Under the pieces are notes generated by a model. It was not told the DNA's origin and ran no database searches. It worked only from the letters and a program-made list of their open reading frames with translations. From assembly GCA_041737355.1 (NCBI GenBank), contig JBGSRW010000010.1, positions 3,935-67,934 on the forward strand: DNA of 64,000 bases, written 5' to 3'. Made by a program: the position numbers and the translations under genes. Below, piece after piece: positions 52,895 to 64,000 of this stretch. How positions within the stretch are numbered: position 1 is the first letter of the stretch; each line of letters opens with the position of its first letter. The stretch is from Patescibacteria group bacterium. Its GTDB lineage: Bacteria > Patescibacteriota > Patescibacteriia > XYB2-FULL-38-15.

Positions 52895-53637
52895 TGATGG
52901 GATTTTTTAACGCGATTTTATACCAGCCGCTGTTCAATTTATTGGTCTGGCTTTACAACATAATACCAGGCCATGACATAGGTTTGGCAATTCTTCTTCT
53001 TACAGTTTTGATAAAACTGGTTTTATATCCCTTTTCCCTTCAGGCCCTGAAAGCCCAAAAGGCTTTGTCTGAACTTCAGCCGAAAATAGAGGAGCTGAAA
53101 GTCAAATATAAAGACAACAAAGAAGAGATGAGCCGGGAAATGATGAATTTGTATAAGGAAAATAAAGTTAACCCCCTCTCTTCCTGTTTGCCGGTTTTAA
53201 TTCAATTGCCGTTCCTGATTGCCGTTTACCAAGTTTTTATAAAAGGTTTAAGCTCACAGGGTTTGGAAAATTTATATTCTTTCGTCGCCAACCCCGGACA
53301 CATCAACGCTGTTTCCTTGGGTTTTCTGGATTTATCAAAACCAAACTTGATCCTCGCCGTACTTGCCGGCGCCGCGCAATTTTGGCAGGCAAAAATGATG
53401 CCGCGGCCGTCGGTTCCCTCGAAAGAACCGGGTGCCAAAGACGAAGGCATGGCTTCAATGATGAACAAGCAGATGCTTTATTTTATGCCCGCCATTACTA
53501 TTTTAATCGGAGCAAGCTTACCGGGCGGGCTGACATTCTACTGGTTTTTAACGACTCTTCTGACTGTCGGGCAGCAATATTTATATTTTAAAAAAACAAA
53601 AAGTAAGGAAGTTTCCGGTGCGATTAATAAGTTTTAA
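52894..53637 (+). CDS. yidC: membrane protein insertase YidC/Oxa1
   Basis: LQPKIEELK.KY, NPLSSCLPVLIQLP, GLTFYW. Confidence 0.93.
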   Translation: MMGFFNAILYQPLFNLLVWLYNIIPGHDIGLAILLLTVLIKLVLYPFSLQALKAQKALSELQPKIEELKVKYKDNKEEMSREMMNLYKENKVNPLSSCLPVLIQLPFLIAVYQVFIKGLSSQGLENLYSFVANPGHINAVSLGFLDLSKPNLILAVLAGAAQFWQAKMMPRPSVPSKEPGAKDEGMASMMNKQMLYFMPAITILIGASLPGGLTFYWFLTTLLTVGQQYLYFKKTKSKEVSGAINKF

Positions 53638-53640
53638 AAA

Positions 53641-53973
53641 ATGTTTATTGACGGAGAAAATTTTACAGGGCTTCCCGTTATAACCAAAGGCGGTCTGCTC
53701 CTCGGGAAGATTAAGAGTTTCGAGGTCGATGCAGAAAATCAAACGATAGAAAGATATGTCGTGAAGAGCCGTAGTTTGGTTGGAAAGCTGCTCGGGGAAC
53801 CGCTCGGCAGATTGATAATCGGCAGAAATCAGGTAATTTCGATTGATCAAGATAAAATGGTTGTTGAGGACGGCGCGGTCAAAGAAAAGGAAGCGGTAAG
53901 GTTGCTCCGAGGGGCCGGGAAAGACGTGCCCGCCCTGTCGAGCAGGCTAAGCCTAAAAACAGATGGCGAATAA
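53641..53973 (+). CDS. PRC-barrel domain protein
   Basis: GLPVITKGG..LGKI..FEVD. Confidence 0.75.
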   Translation: MFIDGENFTGLPVITKGGLLLGKIKSFEVDAENQTIERYVVKSRSLVGKLLGEPLGRLIIGRNQVISIDQDKMVVEDGAVKEKEAVRLLRGAGKDVPALSSRLSLKTDGE

Positions 53974-54871
53974 TTTGGAAAAATCAATTCTGTCGACCAT
54001 TGCCTACTTTGATATTTTTGATTATCCCCTCACGGATTTGGAAATCTGGAAATGGCTTTATCGGACGGAAAATTGGGATAAGCAGAATGTTTTTTCGGAA
54101 ATTATAAAGATTTTGGAAAACAGCGAATATTTAAAATCCCTCATTGAATCAAAGCGGGGATTTTATTTTTTAAAAGGCAGGGAGTCGATTCTTGAAATTC
54201 GCCAGAAAAGATATAATTTAGCCGAAGAAAAATTTAAGAAAGCAATCAGAATCAGCCGTTTTTTTAGGTTTCTTCCCGGCGTTAGAATGATCGCCGTTTG
54301 CAACAGTTTGGCCTGGAGCAACGCGAGTGAAGAAAGCGATATAGATTTTTTTATTGTCACTAGAAAAAATAAAATTTGGATAACTCGTTTTTGGGCAGCC
54401 GGCTTTCTCAAATTATTGGGGCTTCGGCCCAGCGGGCAACGCACGAAAGATAAAATTTGCCTGAGTTTCTTCGCCGACGAAGACAGCCTGGATTTTGAAA
54501 AAATTTCCCTTGGCAAACCAGATATCTATTTGATTTATTGGATCTCTCAGATTGCTCCTATTTACGATGCAGGCGGAATTTACCAGAAATTTTTATCAGC
54601 AAATTCGTGGATAAAAAAATATTTGCCGAATGATTTTGCCGCGGAGATTGTTTTTCGGAGAAAAATAAAGGCCGCGGTGTTACCTTTGTTTTTTTTCGGG
54701 TGGGGAAATAAATTTTCCCGCTGGTTGCAGATTAAATTTTTGCCGAAGCAGATAAGGGACGCCGCCAACAAGGATTCCTGCGTGATCGTTTCTGATTCGA
54801 TTCTTAAATTTCATGTCAACGATCGCCGGACGAAGTACCGGGAAATTTGGGAAAATAAATTGAAAGAATAG
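53963..54871 (+). CDS. nucleotidyltransferase-domain protein
   Basis: 'NSLA......SDIDFFIV' NTase-like motif. Confidence 0.65.
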   Translation: MANNLEKSILSTIAYFDIFDYPLTDLEIWKWLYRTENWDKQNVFSEIIKILENSEYLKSLIESKRGFYFLKGRESILEIRQKRYNLAEEKFKKAIRISRFFRFLPGVRMIAVCNSLAWSNASEESDIDFFIVTRKNKIWITRFWAAGFLKLLGLRPSGQRTKDKICLSFFADEDSLDFEKISLGKPDIYLIYWISQIAPIYDAGGIYQKFLSANSWIKKYLPNDFAAEIVFRRKIKAAVLPLFFFGWGNKFSRWLQIKFLPKQIRDAANKDSCVIVSDSILKFHVNDRRTKYREIWENKLKE

Positions 54872-54873
54872 TT

Positions 54874-56181
54874 ATGAAGATTTTGGAAAAAATCATCGGA
54901 TATGGCTTATATCTGTTTATATTTCTTTTGCCTTGGCAGACGAGGCTGATAATAGGGGAGGGAAACTTGAACGGATATTGGGAGTACGGAACAAGGGGCA
55001 TCTATGCTACGGAAATTTTATTATGGGCTATTTTTTTGCTGACGGCGGTATGGCTCGTAGCCGGAAAACTCGGCAGTACCGGGGCGGTTATAAAAAATAA
55101 AAAATTTAAATTTATTTATGCGGCGCTTGGTCTTTTTCTTGGCTGGGCGTTGGCTTCTGTCTTTTGGGCGGACTCGGTAAGTTTGGCTCTTTATGTATGG
55201 CATTGGTTTGCCGAAGGCGCAGTACTTTTTTTAATTTTTAGAGTGATAAAAATTGATTCGAAAAAGGTAATTTGGGCTTTTATTGTTTCGGCCCTGATCC
55301 AGGCCGGTCTCGGGCTATGGCAATTTTTTTCCCAGTCGGTTTTTTCTTCCAAGTGGCTCGGTATGGCCGCGCACGATCCGATTGAGCCGGGAACTTACGT
55401 TGTTGAAACAGCCCTTCGTCGTTGGCTCAGAGCCTATGGTTCCCTGTCGCACCCGAATATGCTGGCAGGTTTTTTGGCTGCGGCGATGTTTCTCGTAATT
55501 TGGCTTTACCAAAGAACAAGCTATGGCTTAAAAAAAATTTTTCTGCCCGGGATATTTTGCGTATTGAGTCTTGGACTTTTTGCGACTTTTTCCAAGAGCG
55601 TAATTGGGAGCCTCACGGCCGTCTTATTTTTGCAGTGGGTTATTATTGCAGCGCGTCGGGATCATCGGGAGACAAAGACCGATTTTTTAAAATTCACTTT
55701 GATTTTTTTGATCTTGGCTGCGGTCTTTAGCACAATTTTTTGGGAACCGGTCCAGACTAGACTCATTGGCGCCGAGAGGTTGGAAAAAAAATCAACAACC
55801 GAACGTCTTAACTATTTTAATGAATCATGGCAGTTGATTAAAAATCATCCGGCGCTGGGTGTTGGTCTGGGAAATTATACTCTTGCGGCACATAATGAAA
55901 TTAACCCAGGCCTGGCAGCCTGGGATTATCAGCCGGTTCATAATATTTACCTCTTAGTTTTGGCGGAGCTTGGGCCTATCGGCCTTTTTTGCGGGTTGTT
56001 ATTGATCATCTTTTTGATAAGAGATTTGCCATCCGCTTTTTTTCTTTTGCCAATTATTCTCTTGACCGTCGGTTTTTTTGACCATTATTTTCTGACACTT
56101 TATTTTGGGATAATATTTTTCTGGCTGAGCTTCGGCCTGGGCGGAAAAATATCGCTTGACAGACCGCTTGACGGGGCTTAA
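54874..56181 (+). CDS. O-antigen ligase-family membrane protein
   Basis: RAYGSLSHPN, GVGLGNY, PVHNIYL.VLAELG. Confidence 0.88.
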   Translation: MKILEKIIGYGLYLFIFLLPWQTRLIIGEGNLNGYWEYGTRGIYATEILLWAIFLLTAVWLVAGKLGSTGAVIKNKKFKFIYAALGLFLGWALASVFWADSVSLALYVWHWFAEGAVLFLIFRVIKIDSKKVIWAFIVSALIQAGLGLWQFFSQSVFSSKWLGMAAHDPIEPGTYVVETALRRWLRAYGSLSHPNMLAGFLAAAMFLVIWLYQRTSYGLKKIFLPGIFCVLSLGLFATFSKSVIGSLTAVLFLQWVIIAARRDHRETKTDFLKFTLIFLILAAVFSTIFWEPVQTRLIGAERLEKKSTTERLNYFNESWQLIKNHPALGVGLGNYTLAAHNEINPGLAAWDYQPVHNIYLLVLAELGPIGLFCGLLLIIFLIRDLPSAFFLLPIILLTVGFFDHYFLTLYFGIIFFWLSFGLGGKISLDRPLDGA

Positions 56182-56184
56182 AAT
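56156..56184 (+). promoter_or_regulatory. sigma70 promoter of groESL
   Basis: TTGACA-17 nt-TAAAAT. Confidence 0.65.
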
Positions 56185-56265
56185 ATACCATAAGATGTTG
56201 AGATAAAACAGACAAATCAGTCTGCTTTTTGACTCTATAAAGTTAATTAATAAAATTGTAAAAAT

Positions 56266-56553
56266 ATGAACATCAAACCATTGGGTGACAGGGTGATCGT
56301 AAGACCAATCGCCGAGGATGCCACCACCAAATCAGGCATTGTTTTGCCGGAAACCGTTGATAAGGAAAAGCCGGAAAAAGGCGAAATTATCGCCGTCGGG
56401 CCGGGCCGTGCGCTTGAAAACGGGTCGGTTGCCGGGATGTCGGTTAAAGTCGGAGACAAGGTCATGTTTAAAAAATATAGCCCGGACGAGATAAAGATCG
56501 ACGAGCAGGAACTTTTAATTATCTCCGAATCGGATATTTTGGCGATTATTTAA
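56266..56553 (+). CDS. groES: co-chaperonin GroES
   Basis: IKPLGDRV, TKSGIVLP, AVGPG. Confidence 0.97.
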   Translation: MNIKPLGDRVIVRPIAEDATTKSGIVLPETVDKEKPEKGEIIAVGPGRALENGSVAGMSVKVGDKVMFKKYSPDEIKIDEQELLIISESDILAII

Positions 56554-56571
56554 AAAATAAAATACAAATAA

Positions 56572-58206
<1,635 letters not shown>

Positions 58207-58224
58207 AAACAGCGGTTTAAAGAT

Positions 58225-58255
58225 AAAAAGCCGGGGCGATACGCCTCGGCTTTTT
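58225..58255 (+). terminator. intrinsic terminator
   Basis: AAAAAGCCGGGGCG-ATA-CGCCTCGGCTTTTT. Confidence 0.8.
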
Positions 58256-58309
58256 GGATATTTTGTGGTATAATTATCTTAATTCCTAACTTACCAAAAT
58301 TTTTTCTAT

Positions 58310-59743
58310 ATGATCAAGCGGACAAAAATAGTCTGTACAATAGGTCCCGTTTCGGAAGAGGAAAGGATTTTGAAAAAAATGATAGCTGGCGGCATGAACG
58401 TGGCCCGGCTTAATTTTTCCCATGGTACGCATGCCTGGCACGGGAAAGTTATAAAAAAAATCAGGAAAGTGTCGGGAAGCTTGGATCAGCCGGTCGGAAT
58501 TATAGCCGATTTGCAGGGGCCGCGGATCAGAGTTGGAGAGCTTCCCGGAACGGGAGTTAAATTAACCCCCAAGGGAAGGGTTACCCTGACAACCAATCCA
58601 AATAACGATAAAAATAAAATACCGGTTACATACGCCAATCTACATAAGGATCTCGCGCCGGGCAGAAGAATACTGATTGACGAGGGCTTGCTTGAACTCA
58701 AAGTTATTTCAATTTCAGGGAAGGATATTTTATGTGAAGTAATAGTCGGCGGACAGCTCACCTCTCATAAAGGTATAAATTTGCCCGATACCTCTGTCAG
58801 TCTGCCTCCGCTTACGGAAAAAGATAAGGAAGATTTGGATTTTGCCGTGCGTGAGGGCGTGGATTGGGTTGCCCTTTCGTTTGTTTCCCGCGCTTCGGAA
58901 ATTTACGATTTGCGTTTTTTAATTCGCAAGCTTGAGCACCGGGGTAAAAAACCAAAACTTACCCCGATCAAAATTATCGCGAAAATAGAAAAGCATGAGG
59001 CAATAAAAAATTTTGATGAAATTCTCGAAGCGGTTGACGGGATTATGATTGCACGGGGTGATTTGGGTATTGAAACTCCGGCCGAAGAAGTCCCTCTGTT
59101 ACAGAAAAAAATTATTGATAAATGTCTGGCGGCGGCAAAGCCTGTAATCGTTGCGACCCAGATGCTTGATTCCATGATCCGAAAACCACGGCCGACAAGA
59201 GCCGAGGTTTCCGACGTTGCGAACGCCGTTATAGATCATACCGATGCAGTCATGCTTTCCGGAGAAACGGCCAGCGGCCTTTATCCGGTCGGGGCAGTGG
59301 AGACGATGACCAAGATAGTCAGAGAAACCGAAAATTCCGTTTACGACGACTTGGTTATTGGAACTATTATGAAAAAAATAAAACCGGTTGATGAGGCCGT
59401 CAGCCGGGTTGCCAATATCTTGGCCAGAACGGTTGAGGCCAAGGCAATTTTGGCTGCGTCCCTTTCGGGATATTCCGGGAGGATAGTATGCCGTTATCGA
59501 CCGGAACTTCCTATTCTTGTTACAACCGATAGTGAACGGGTCCAGCGTCAGCTGACTCTTTCTTGGGGAGTTGTGCCTTTTATCCTACCCCCCTGCCACT
59601 CGGTCGAAGAATTGGTGGAAAGGTCTCTTGGCTATATAAAAAAGAAAAAACTTGTTAAGACCGGAGAAAAAATTATTATTATTGCCGGCGAGCCGGTCGG
59701 CAGTTCGGGGAATATTAATTTGGTAGAAATAAAAGAGGTATAA
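58310..59743 (+). CDS. pyk: pyruvate kinase
   Basis: TKIVCTIGP, RLNFSHG, MIARGDLG, VMLSGETA. Confidence 0.97.
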   Translation: MIKRTKIVCTIGPVSEEERILKKMIAGGMNVARLNFSHGTHAWHGKVIKKIRKVSGSLDQPVGIIADLQGPRIRVGELPGTGVKLTPKGRVTLTTNPNNDKNKIPVTYANLHKDLAPGRRILIDEGLLELKVISISGKDILCEVIVGGQLTSHKGINLPDTSVSLPPLTEKDKEDLDFAVREGVDWVALSFVSRASEIYDLRFLIRKLEHRGKKPKLTPIKIIAKIEKHEAIKNFDEILEAVDGIMIARGDLGIETPAEEVPLLQKKIIDKCLAAAKPVIVATQMLDSMIRKPRPTRAEVSDVANAVIDHTDAVMLSGETASGLYPVGAVETMTKIVRETENSVYDDLVIGTIMKKIKPVDEAVSRVANILARTVEAKAILAASLSGYSGRIVCRYRPELPILVTTDSERVQRQLTLSWGVVPFILPPCHSVEELVERSLGYIKKKKLVKTGEKIIIIAGEPVGSSGNINLVEIKEV

Positions 59744-59747
59744 CGAT

Positions 59748-62147
59748 ATGGAAAAAAATAAAAGAATGATAGTTAAGTTTGATGAGCTGGGGATCGGAGA
59801 CGTCGCTCTTGTCGGGGGTAAAAATGCTTCGCTCGGGGAGATGTATCGTAATTTAAAGAAAAAAAACATCAGCGTCCCGAACGGATTTGCGGTAACCTCT
59901 TACGCCTTCCGTCAATTTTTGAAATTTAATAATTTAGAAAAAGAAATCAACGATTTGTTGAAAAATGTCGATCCAGCCAACATCCGCGATCTCGAAACGA
60001 TCGGAAAAACTATCAGAAATTCCATAATCAAAGCCAAATTACCGCCCCATCTTGCCAAAGAAATCTTGGAAGCCTATAGAAAACTCTCGAGGGAAGGCGG
60101 GCCGGATATGGCCGTGCGTTCTTCGGCGACCGCCGAGGATCTCCCGGTTGCTTCTTTCGCCGGACAACTCGAAAGTTTTTTGAACGTCCGGGGCGGTAAT
60201 CTTCTCGAAACGATTAAAAAATGCTTTTCTTCGCTTTATACGAACCGCGCCTTGGCTTATTCTTTTGACCAGGGTTTTGATCACGCGAAGATAAGCGTTT
60301 CGGTCGGAGTTCAGAGAATGGTCCGTTCGGACCGCGCTTCGGCAGGAGTTATGTTCACTCTCGACACCGAAACAGGTTTTCGCGACGTTGTCTCGATAAG
60401 CGGATCTTGGGGTTTGGGCGAAAATGTGGTTAAGGGGAGAGTTGTTCCCGACCAGTTTTATGTTTTTAAACCTACTCTCGAGAGGGGATTTCGTCCCCTG
60501 GTCGGCAAGGAGCTTGGTACCAAAAAGTTAAGACTCGTTTACGCGCCGAACAAGGCTTCCACCGTAAATTTGAATACCAAAAGATCCGAACAGCTGCAAT
60601 ACTCTCTTAGCGACGCGGAAATTATGCAACTTGCCCGCTGGGCCGTTCTGATAGAAAAGCATTACAAAAAACCAATGGATATAGAATGGGCCAAGGACGG
60701 CAACAATAAAAAATTATATATTGTTCAGGCGAGGCCGGAAACGATTCATGCCGAAAAAAACGGAAAAATTTTGGAAGAATATATTCTGGAAAGAAAAGGA
60801 GAGGTTGTCCTCTCGGGAACGGCAATCGGAACAAAAGTCGGAAAAGGCTGGGTGAGGATTTTGGAGAGCATCCACGAAATAGATCATTTTCAGGAAGGTG
60901 AAGTTCTGGTAGCCAAAATGACCGATCCTGATTGGGTTCCGATTATGAAAAAAGCCAGCGCCATTATTACCGAATCCGGTGGCAGAACATGTCACGCGGC
61001 GATTGTCTCGAGAGAGCTTGGTATACCGTGCGTAGTCGGAGTTGTCCATGCCAGGGAAGTTTTGAAAAACGGTCAGGGTGTTACCGTAAGCTGTGCCGAG
61101 GGCGAAGAGGGAAGGGTTTATCGGGGTCTCCTGCCGGTAAAAATAAAAAAAACTAATTTGGCGAAAATAAAAAGGCCGCGGACTAAAATTATGATGAATG
61201 TCGGAGAGCCGTCTCAGGCGTTTGAGTCTGCCTGTATTCCGAACGACGGTGTCGGCTTGGCCCGGGAAGAATTTATTATTTCAAATTATATTAAAATTCA
61301 TCCGCTTGCTCTGCTCGGATCAAGAAAGCTTAACGTAAAAACAAAAAATAAGATTAAGGCTCTGACTTTCGGTTATAGTGACAAAGCGAAATTTTTTGTT
61401 GATAAACTCGCCGAGGGGGTGGGGAGAATCGCCGCCGCTTTTTATCCGAAACCGGTGATTGTCCGTTTTTCAGATTTTAAATCTAATGAGTACGCCGGGC
61501 TAGTCGGCGGAGAAGGTTTTGAGCCGAAAGAAGCCAATCCAATGCTTGGCTGGCGCGGAGCCTCACGCTATTATGATAAAAAATATGAGCCGGCTTTTCT
61601 CCTTGAGCTTGAAGCTTTGAAGAAAGTTCGACGCGAGTTCGGGCTTGATAATTTTATTGTTATGGTTCCATTTTGCCGGACTGTCGCCGAGGGAGAAAAA
61701 GTTACCCGCATGGTAAAAACAAGCGGGTTGGCCAAGGCTGCCGGAATCGGGAGGGGATCTTTAAGACCGCTTAAAATTTACATGATGGTTGAAATTCCTT
61801 CCAATGTTATTATGGCCGAAGAGTTTTCTAAAATTTTTGATGGGTTTAGTATCGGATCCAATGATTTAACCCAGTTAATTCTGGGGGTTGACCGCGATTC
61901 GGGGCTTGTCAGCCATCTTTTTGACGAAAGGAATGAAGCGGTTAAAAAACCTATTTGTGAAATAATCAAGGTAGCGAAGAAAAATAATAAAAAAGTCGGG
62001 ATCTGCGGCCAGGCGCCGTCCGACTTTCCCGATTTTGCCGAATTTTTAGTAAAATGCGGAATCGACAGTATTTCTCTGAATCCAGATTCGGTTCTCAAAA
62101 CAACCCTGAGAGTCTTGGAGGCGGAAAAGAAGAGAGCGAGAAGATAA
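59748..62147 (+). CDS. ppsA: phosphoenolpyruvate synthase
   Basis: VGGKNASLGEM, AVRSSATAED, GGRTCHAAI, FSIGSNDLTQ. Confidence 0.96.
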   Translation: MEKNKRMIVKFDELGIGDVALVGGKNASLGEMYRNLKKKNISVPNGFAVTSYAFRQFLKFNNLEKEINDLLKNVDPANIRDLETIGKTIRNSIIKAKLPPHLAKEILEAYRKLSREGGPDMAVRSSATAEDLPVASFAGQLESFLNVRGGNLLETIKKCFSSLYTNRALAYSFDQGFDHAKISVSVGVQRMVRSDRASAGVMFTLDTETGFRDVVSISGSWGLGENVVKGRVVPDQFYVFKPTLERGFRPLVGKELGTKKLRLVYAPNKASTVNLNTKRSEQLQYSLSDAEIMQLARWAVLIEKHYKKPMDIEWAKDGNNKKLYIVQARPETIHAEKNGKILEEYILERKGEVVLSGTAIGTKVGKGWVRILESIHEIDHFQEGEVLVAKMTDPDWVPIMKKASAIITESGGRTCHAAIVSRELGIPCVVGVVHAREVLKNGQGVTVSCAEGEEGRVYRGLLPVKIKKTNLAKIKRPRTKIMMNVGEPSQAFESACIPNDGVGLAREEFIISNYIKIHPLALLGSRKLNVKTKNKIKALTFGYSDKAKFFVDKLAEGVGRIAAAFYPKPVIVRFSDFKSNEYAGLVGGEGFEPKEANPMLGWRGASRYYDKKYEPAFLLELEALKKVRREFGLDNFIVMVPFCRTVAEGEKVTRMVKTSGLAKAAGIGRGSLRPLKIYMMVEIPSNVIMAEEFSKIFDGFSIGSNDLTQLILGVDRDSGLVSHLFDERNEAVKKPICEIIKVAKKNNKKVGICGQAPSDFPDFAEFLVKCGIDSISLNPDSVLKTTLRVLEAEKKRARR

Positions 62148-62156
62148 AATTAAGGC

Positions 62157-62201
62157 TTGACAAAAACCGCTGTTTTGTTTAGGATAAACAGTGGTTTTTT
62201 T
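62157..62201 (+). promoter_or_regulatory. sigma70 promoter superimposed on ppsA terminator hairpin
   Basis: TTGACA-17-TAGGAT; AAAAACCGCTGTTT/AAACAGTGGTTTTT inverted repeat. Confidence 0.6.
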
Positions 62202-62270
62202 GTTTGGCTCATTCCGAGGGGATGAAGCCAAGCGCGGCCGAAGGAAGGCCGGGGAAGGAGCAGAGAGAGG

Positions 62271-62480
62271 ATGACGAGGCCGAGGTGGAAGGTGGTCGTA
62301 CGGGACGAGAACGGGAAGATCACGGAGGAGCAGATCGTCTGGCGGCAGCAGCGAGCCTTCAGGCTCATCGAGAGGGCCGTGAACCGCGGCTGCCGGGCCG
62401 ACGTGAAGCCGCTGCTTCCGGATTTCCAGGATCGGAACCGTTACGTCAACCGCCACCCGCGCGGTCGGCGCGCCGCCTAA
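62271..62480 (+). CDS. small basic GC-rich hypothetical protein
   Basis: Purine-rich SD-like leader GGAAGGAGCAGAGAGAGG; GC3-rich codons; own promoter and terminator. Confidence 0.65.
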   Translation: MTRPRWKVVVRDENGKITEEQIVWRQQRAFRLIERAVNRGCRADVKPLLPDFQDRNRYVNRHPRGRRAA

Positions 62481-62628
62481 AGAGAGGCGGAAAAATCGGA
62501 GGCAAGTTATAAAGGCCGATAAGGCCGAAATGCCCTGATAACAGGAGCATGGCAGTTTAGCTGCCTGACCCCGCGCGATGGAGATTAAAACACTCCGGAG
62601 CCGGGGTCGTTTTTTATCCCGTTGGCGA

Positions 62629-62657
62629 TTGACAGCTTTATTTTTCTCTGATAAAAT
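62629..62657 (+). promoter_or_regulatory. sigma70 promoter of tRNA-Asp
   Basis: TTGACA-17 nt-TAAAAT with TG extension. Confidence 0.7.
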
Positions 62658-62677
62658 AGAACAAGAATTTCAAATAT

Positions 62678-62756
62678 GGGTCCGTGGTGTAGCCCGGTCC
62701 AACACGTCTCCCTGTCACGGAGAAGATCGAGGGTTCAAATCCCTTCGGACCCGCCA
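62678..62756 (+). tRNA. tRNA-Asp(GTC)
   Basis: GGGTCCG/CGGACCC acceptor; TCTCC-CTGTCAC-GGAGA; GGTTCAAATCC; encoded CCA. Confidence 0.96.
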
Positions 62757-62769
62757 TTAAATTTTTCCT

Positions 62770-64000
62770 ATGGGAAAAAACAATAAACAGGAAAGAGAAA
62801 ATTATTTGCAAATCGCTGACGATGAGTTAGCGGAGAGAAAGGCGCGTCGTGATAAGAAAATTTCTTTGAAAGAGAAAAAAGAAAAAACCGGCGGTTGGCG
62901 GGAAGGGTTGGAAGATGCCGGAAAAGAATTCAGAGAACAGGCAAAAAAAGAAAGAAGGGCGCGGGTTGCCGCGCTTTATTCAGATCTGCGTATAGCCTAC
63001 GATACGGGTAGTTTGTCCGGCCCAACGATAAAAGATTATTTGAAAGATTTTCCTTCAGGAGCTGAATATCAGGCTTTTGAAGAAATATCCGAATTAGTCC
63101 ATCAGGGCAAAATTGATAAAGAAGTCCAAAAACTTCGAACTAAAATAAAAACTTCGGTTAAAAGTCTGCGGCACGAGAAAGTTTCTTCAAGAGAAAGGGC
63201 AGCGCAGGAAAGGAAGAAAATGCTTGAGGAAGCGGTACGGGACAGAGTCGGGCGAGCCGGGCCGCCGAAGAATCCGGAGACCGGGGAATCTTTTTTCTCT
63301 GCGGAAGAATGGCGCGAGGCCCTGCTCCGGGAATACGTTGCCGGACGTCTGAACGAAGAAGATTTACAGCATTTTTTCATATATTACTCGGCCGATAAAA
63401 AGGAGGCTTATGAGAAATTAGCCGAGGAAGAAGGAATTAATTTGAGGGAGTCGGGAGAAAAATTTGATTGGGATGAAATAGGCGATAGGATTTTGATGAG
63501 CGCCGGTTTCCGCAAAGAATTTATAAAGGATATTCCGACCGAAGAAGGTAAAACTATTTTTGAGGAGATGCTTAATGAACAGATCGACGCCTTTAAACAA
63601 ATTTTGCGAGATACGATAAGCCGCGAAGAGCGCGAGAAAAAAATCGCCGAGCTTTCCGGCGATGAGGAAAAGGCAGACAAAGAATTGGTTGCCGAGGCAG
63701 CCAAGAAATTTTTAGCCGTGCGGGAGTTATTTACCCACGGCGTTTTACGTTATGATGGAAAAAGCGGGAAAATGATTTTGAAACAGGAGTCGGATCTAGA
63801 CGGTGAATGCGCTGCCGCTCTTTTCGATAAGGCCGGTATAAATAAGAAAATAACGGAATATCTAAAGCCGGGAGAATATAGAAAAGGTCAGACAACGGTT
63901 GATTCGGGAAATGCGGATGGGTTGCTTCAAGAATGGGTCGAGGCCGTTGATCCGGAAACCGACGAAAAAAAAATGGAGATCACGACGGTAATTGACCATC
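62770..64000 (+). CDS. large charged protein with DHH-like domain (partial, runs off window)
   Basis: Open frame from ATG 62770 to the end; FTHG...SDLDG...VDSG...VIDH at the window edge. Confidence 0.75.
   Translation, partial: MGKNNKQERENYLQIADDELAERKARRDKKISLKEKKEKTGGWREGLEDAGKEFREQAKKERRARVAALYSDLRIAYDTGSLSGPTIKDYLKDFPSGAEYQAFEEISELVHQGKIDKEVQKLRTKIKTSVKSLRHEKVSSRERAAQERKKMLEEAVRDRVGRAGPPKNPETGESFFSAEEWREALLREYVAGRLNEEDLQHFFIYYSADKKEAYEKLAEEEGINLRESGEKFDWDEIGDRILMSAGFRKEFIKDIPTEEGKTIFEEMLNEQIDAFKQILRDTISREEREKKIAELSGDEEKADKELVAEAAKKFLAVRELFTHGVLRYDGKSGKMILKQESDLDGECAAALFDKAGINKKITEYLKPGEYRKGQTTVDSGNADGLLQEWVEAVDPETDEKKMEITTVIDH

Noticed and set aside
56182-56265. CIRCE operator upstream of groES
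   Set aside because: No TTAGCACTC-N9-GAGTGCTAA; only a weak CAGAC/GTCTG hairpin

Overview
Bacterial chromosomal window, genetic code 11. It is most consistent with a Patescibacteria/CPR (Parcubacteria, ABY1-like) genome; this is inferred from AT-rich, SD-less starts on core genes, GAGC/GASC lipoproteins and a CPR-typical surface repeat domain. Layout: (i) 0.4-9.3 kb is accessory, with two M23 peptidases, an ABC-2 exporter and a GC-rich island of eight tiny ORFs, including four tandem paralogous 7-Cys/1-His zinc-finger mini-proteins. (ii) 9.4-19.2 kb is an AT-rich defence island: a fused REase-MTase-TRD enzyme, then DUF6361-like + PLD nuclease + SF2 helicase, then a small PD-(D/E)XK nuclease. 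(iii) 19.2-36.6 kb is a co-oriented array of short membrane, lipoprotein and stress genes. It includes a signal-peptide-bearing orphan Hcp (T6SS tube) homologue, a duplicated structured intergenic element with a compensatory base change, and an anaerobe-type oxidative-stress cluster. (iv) 36.7-64 kb is mostly housekeeping (four tRNAs, valS-tyrS-argS, nusA, yidC, groES/EL, pyk, ppsA), interrupted by GC-rich, SD-led single-gene islets (purA, an acyl-ACP-reductase-like gene, an orphan). The most striking pattern is a second class of self-contained expression cassettes (sigma70 promoter, hairpin leader, strong SD, GC-rich ORF, terminator). Two of them, 27 kb apart and encoding unrelated proteins, share a near-identical structured 5' leader up to and including the start codon. 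All family assignments come from motif recognition by eye; no database searches were run.
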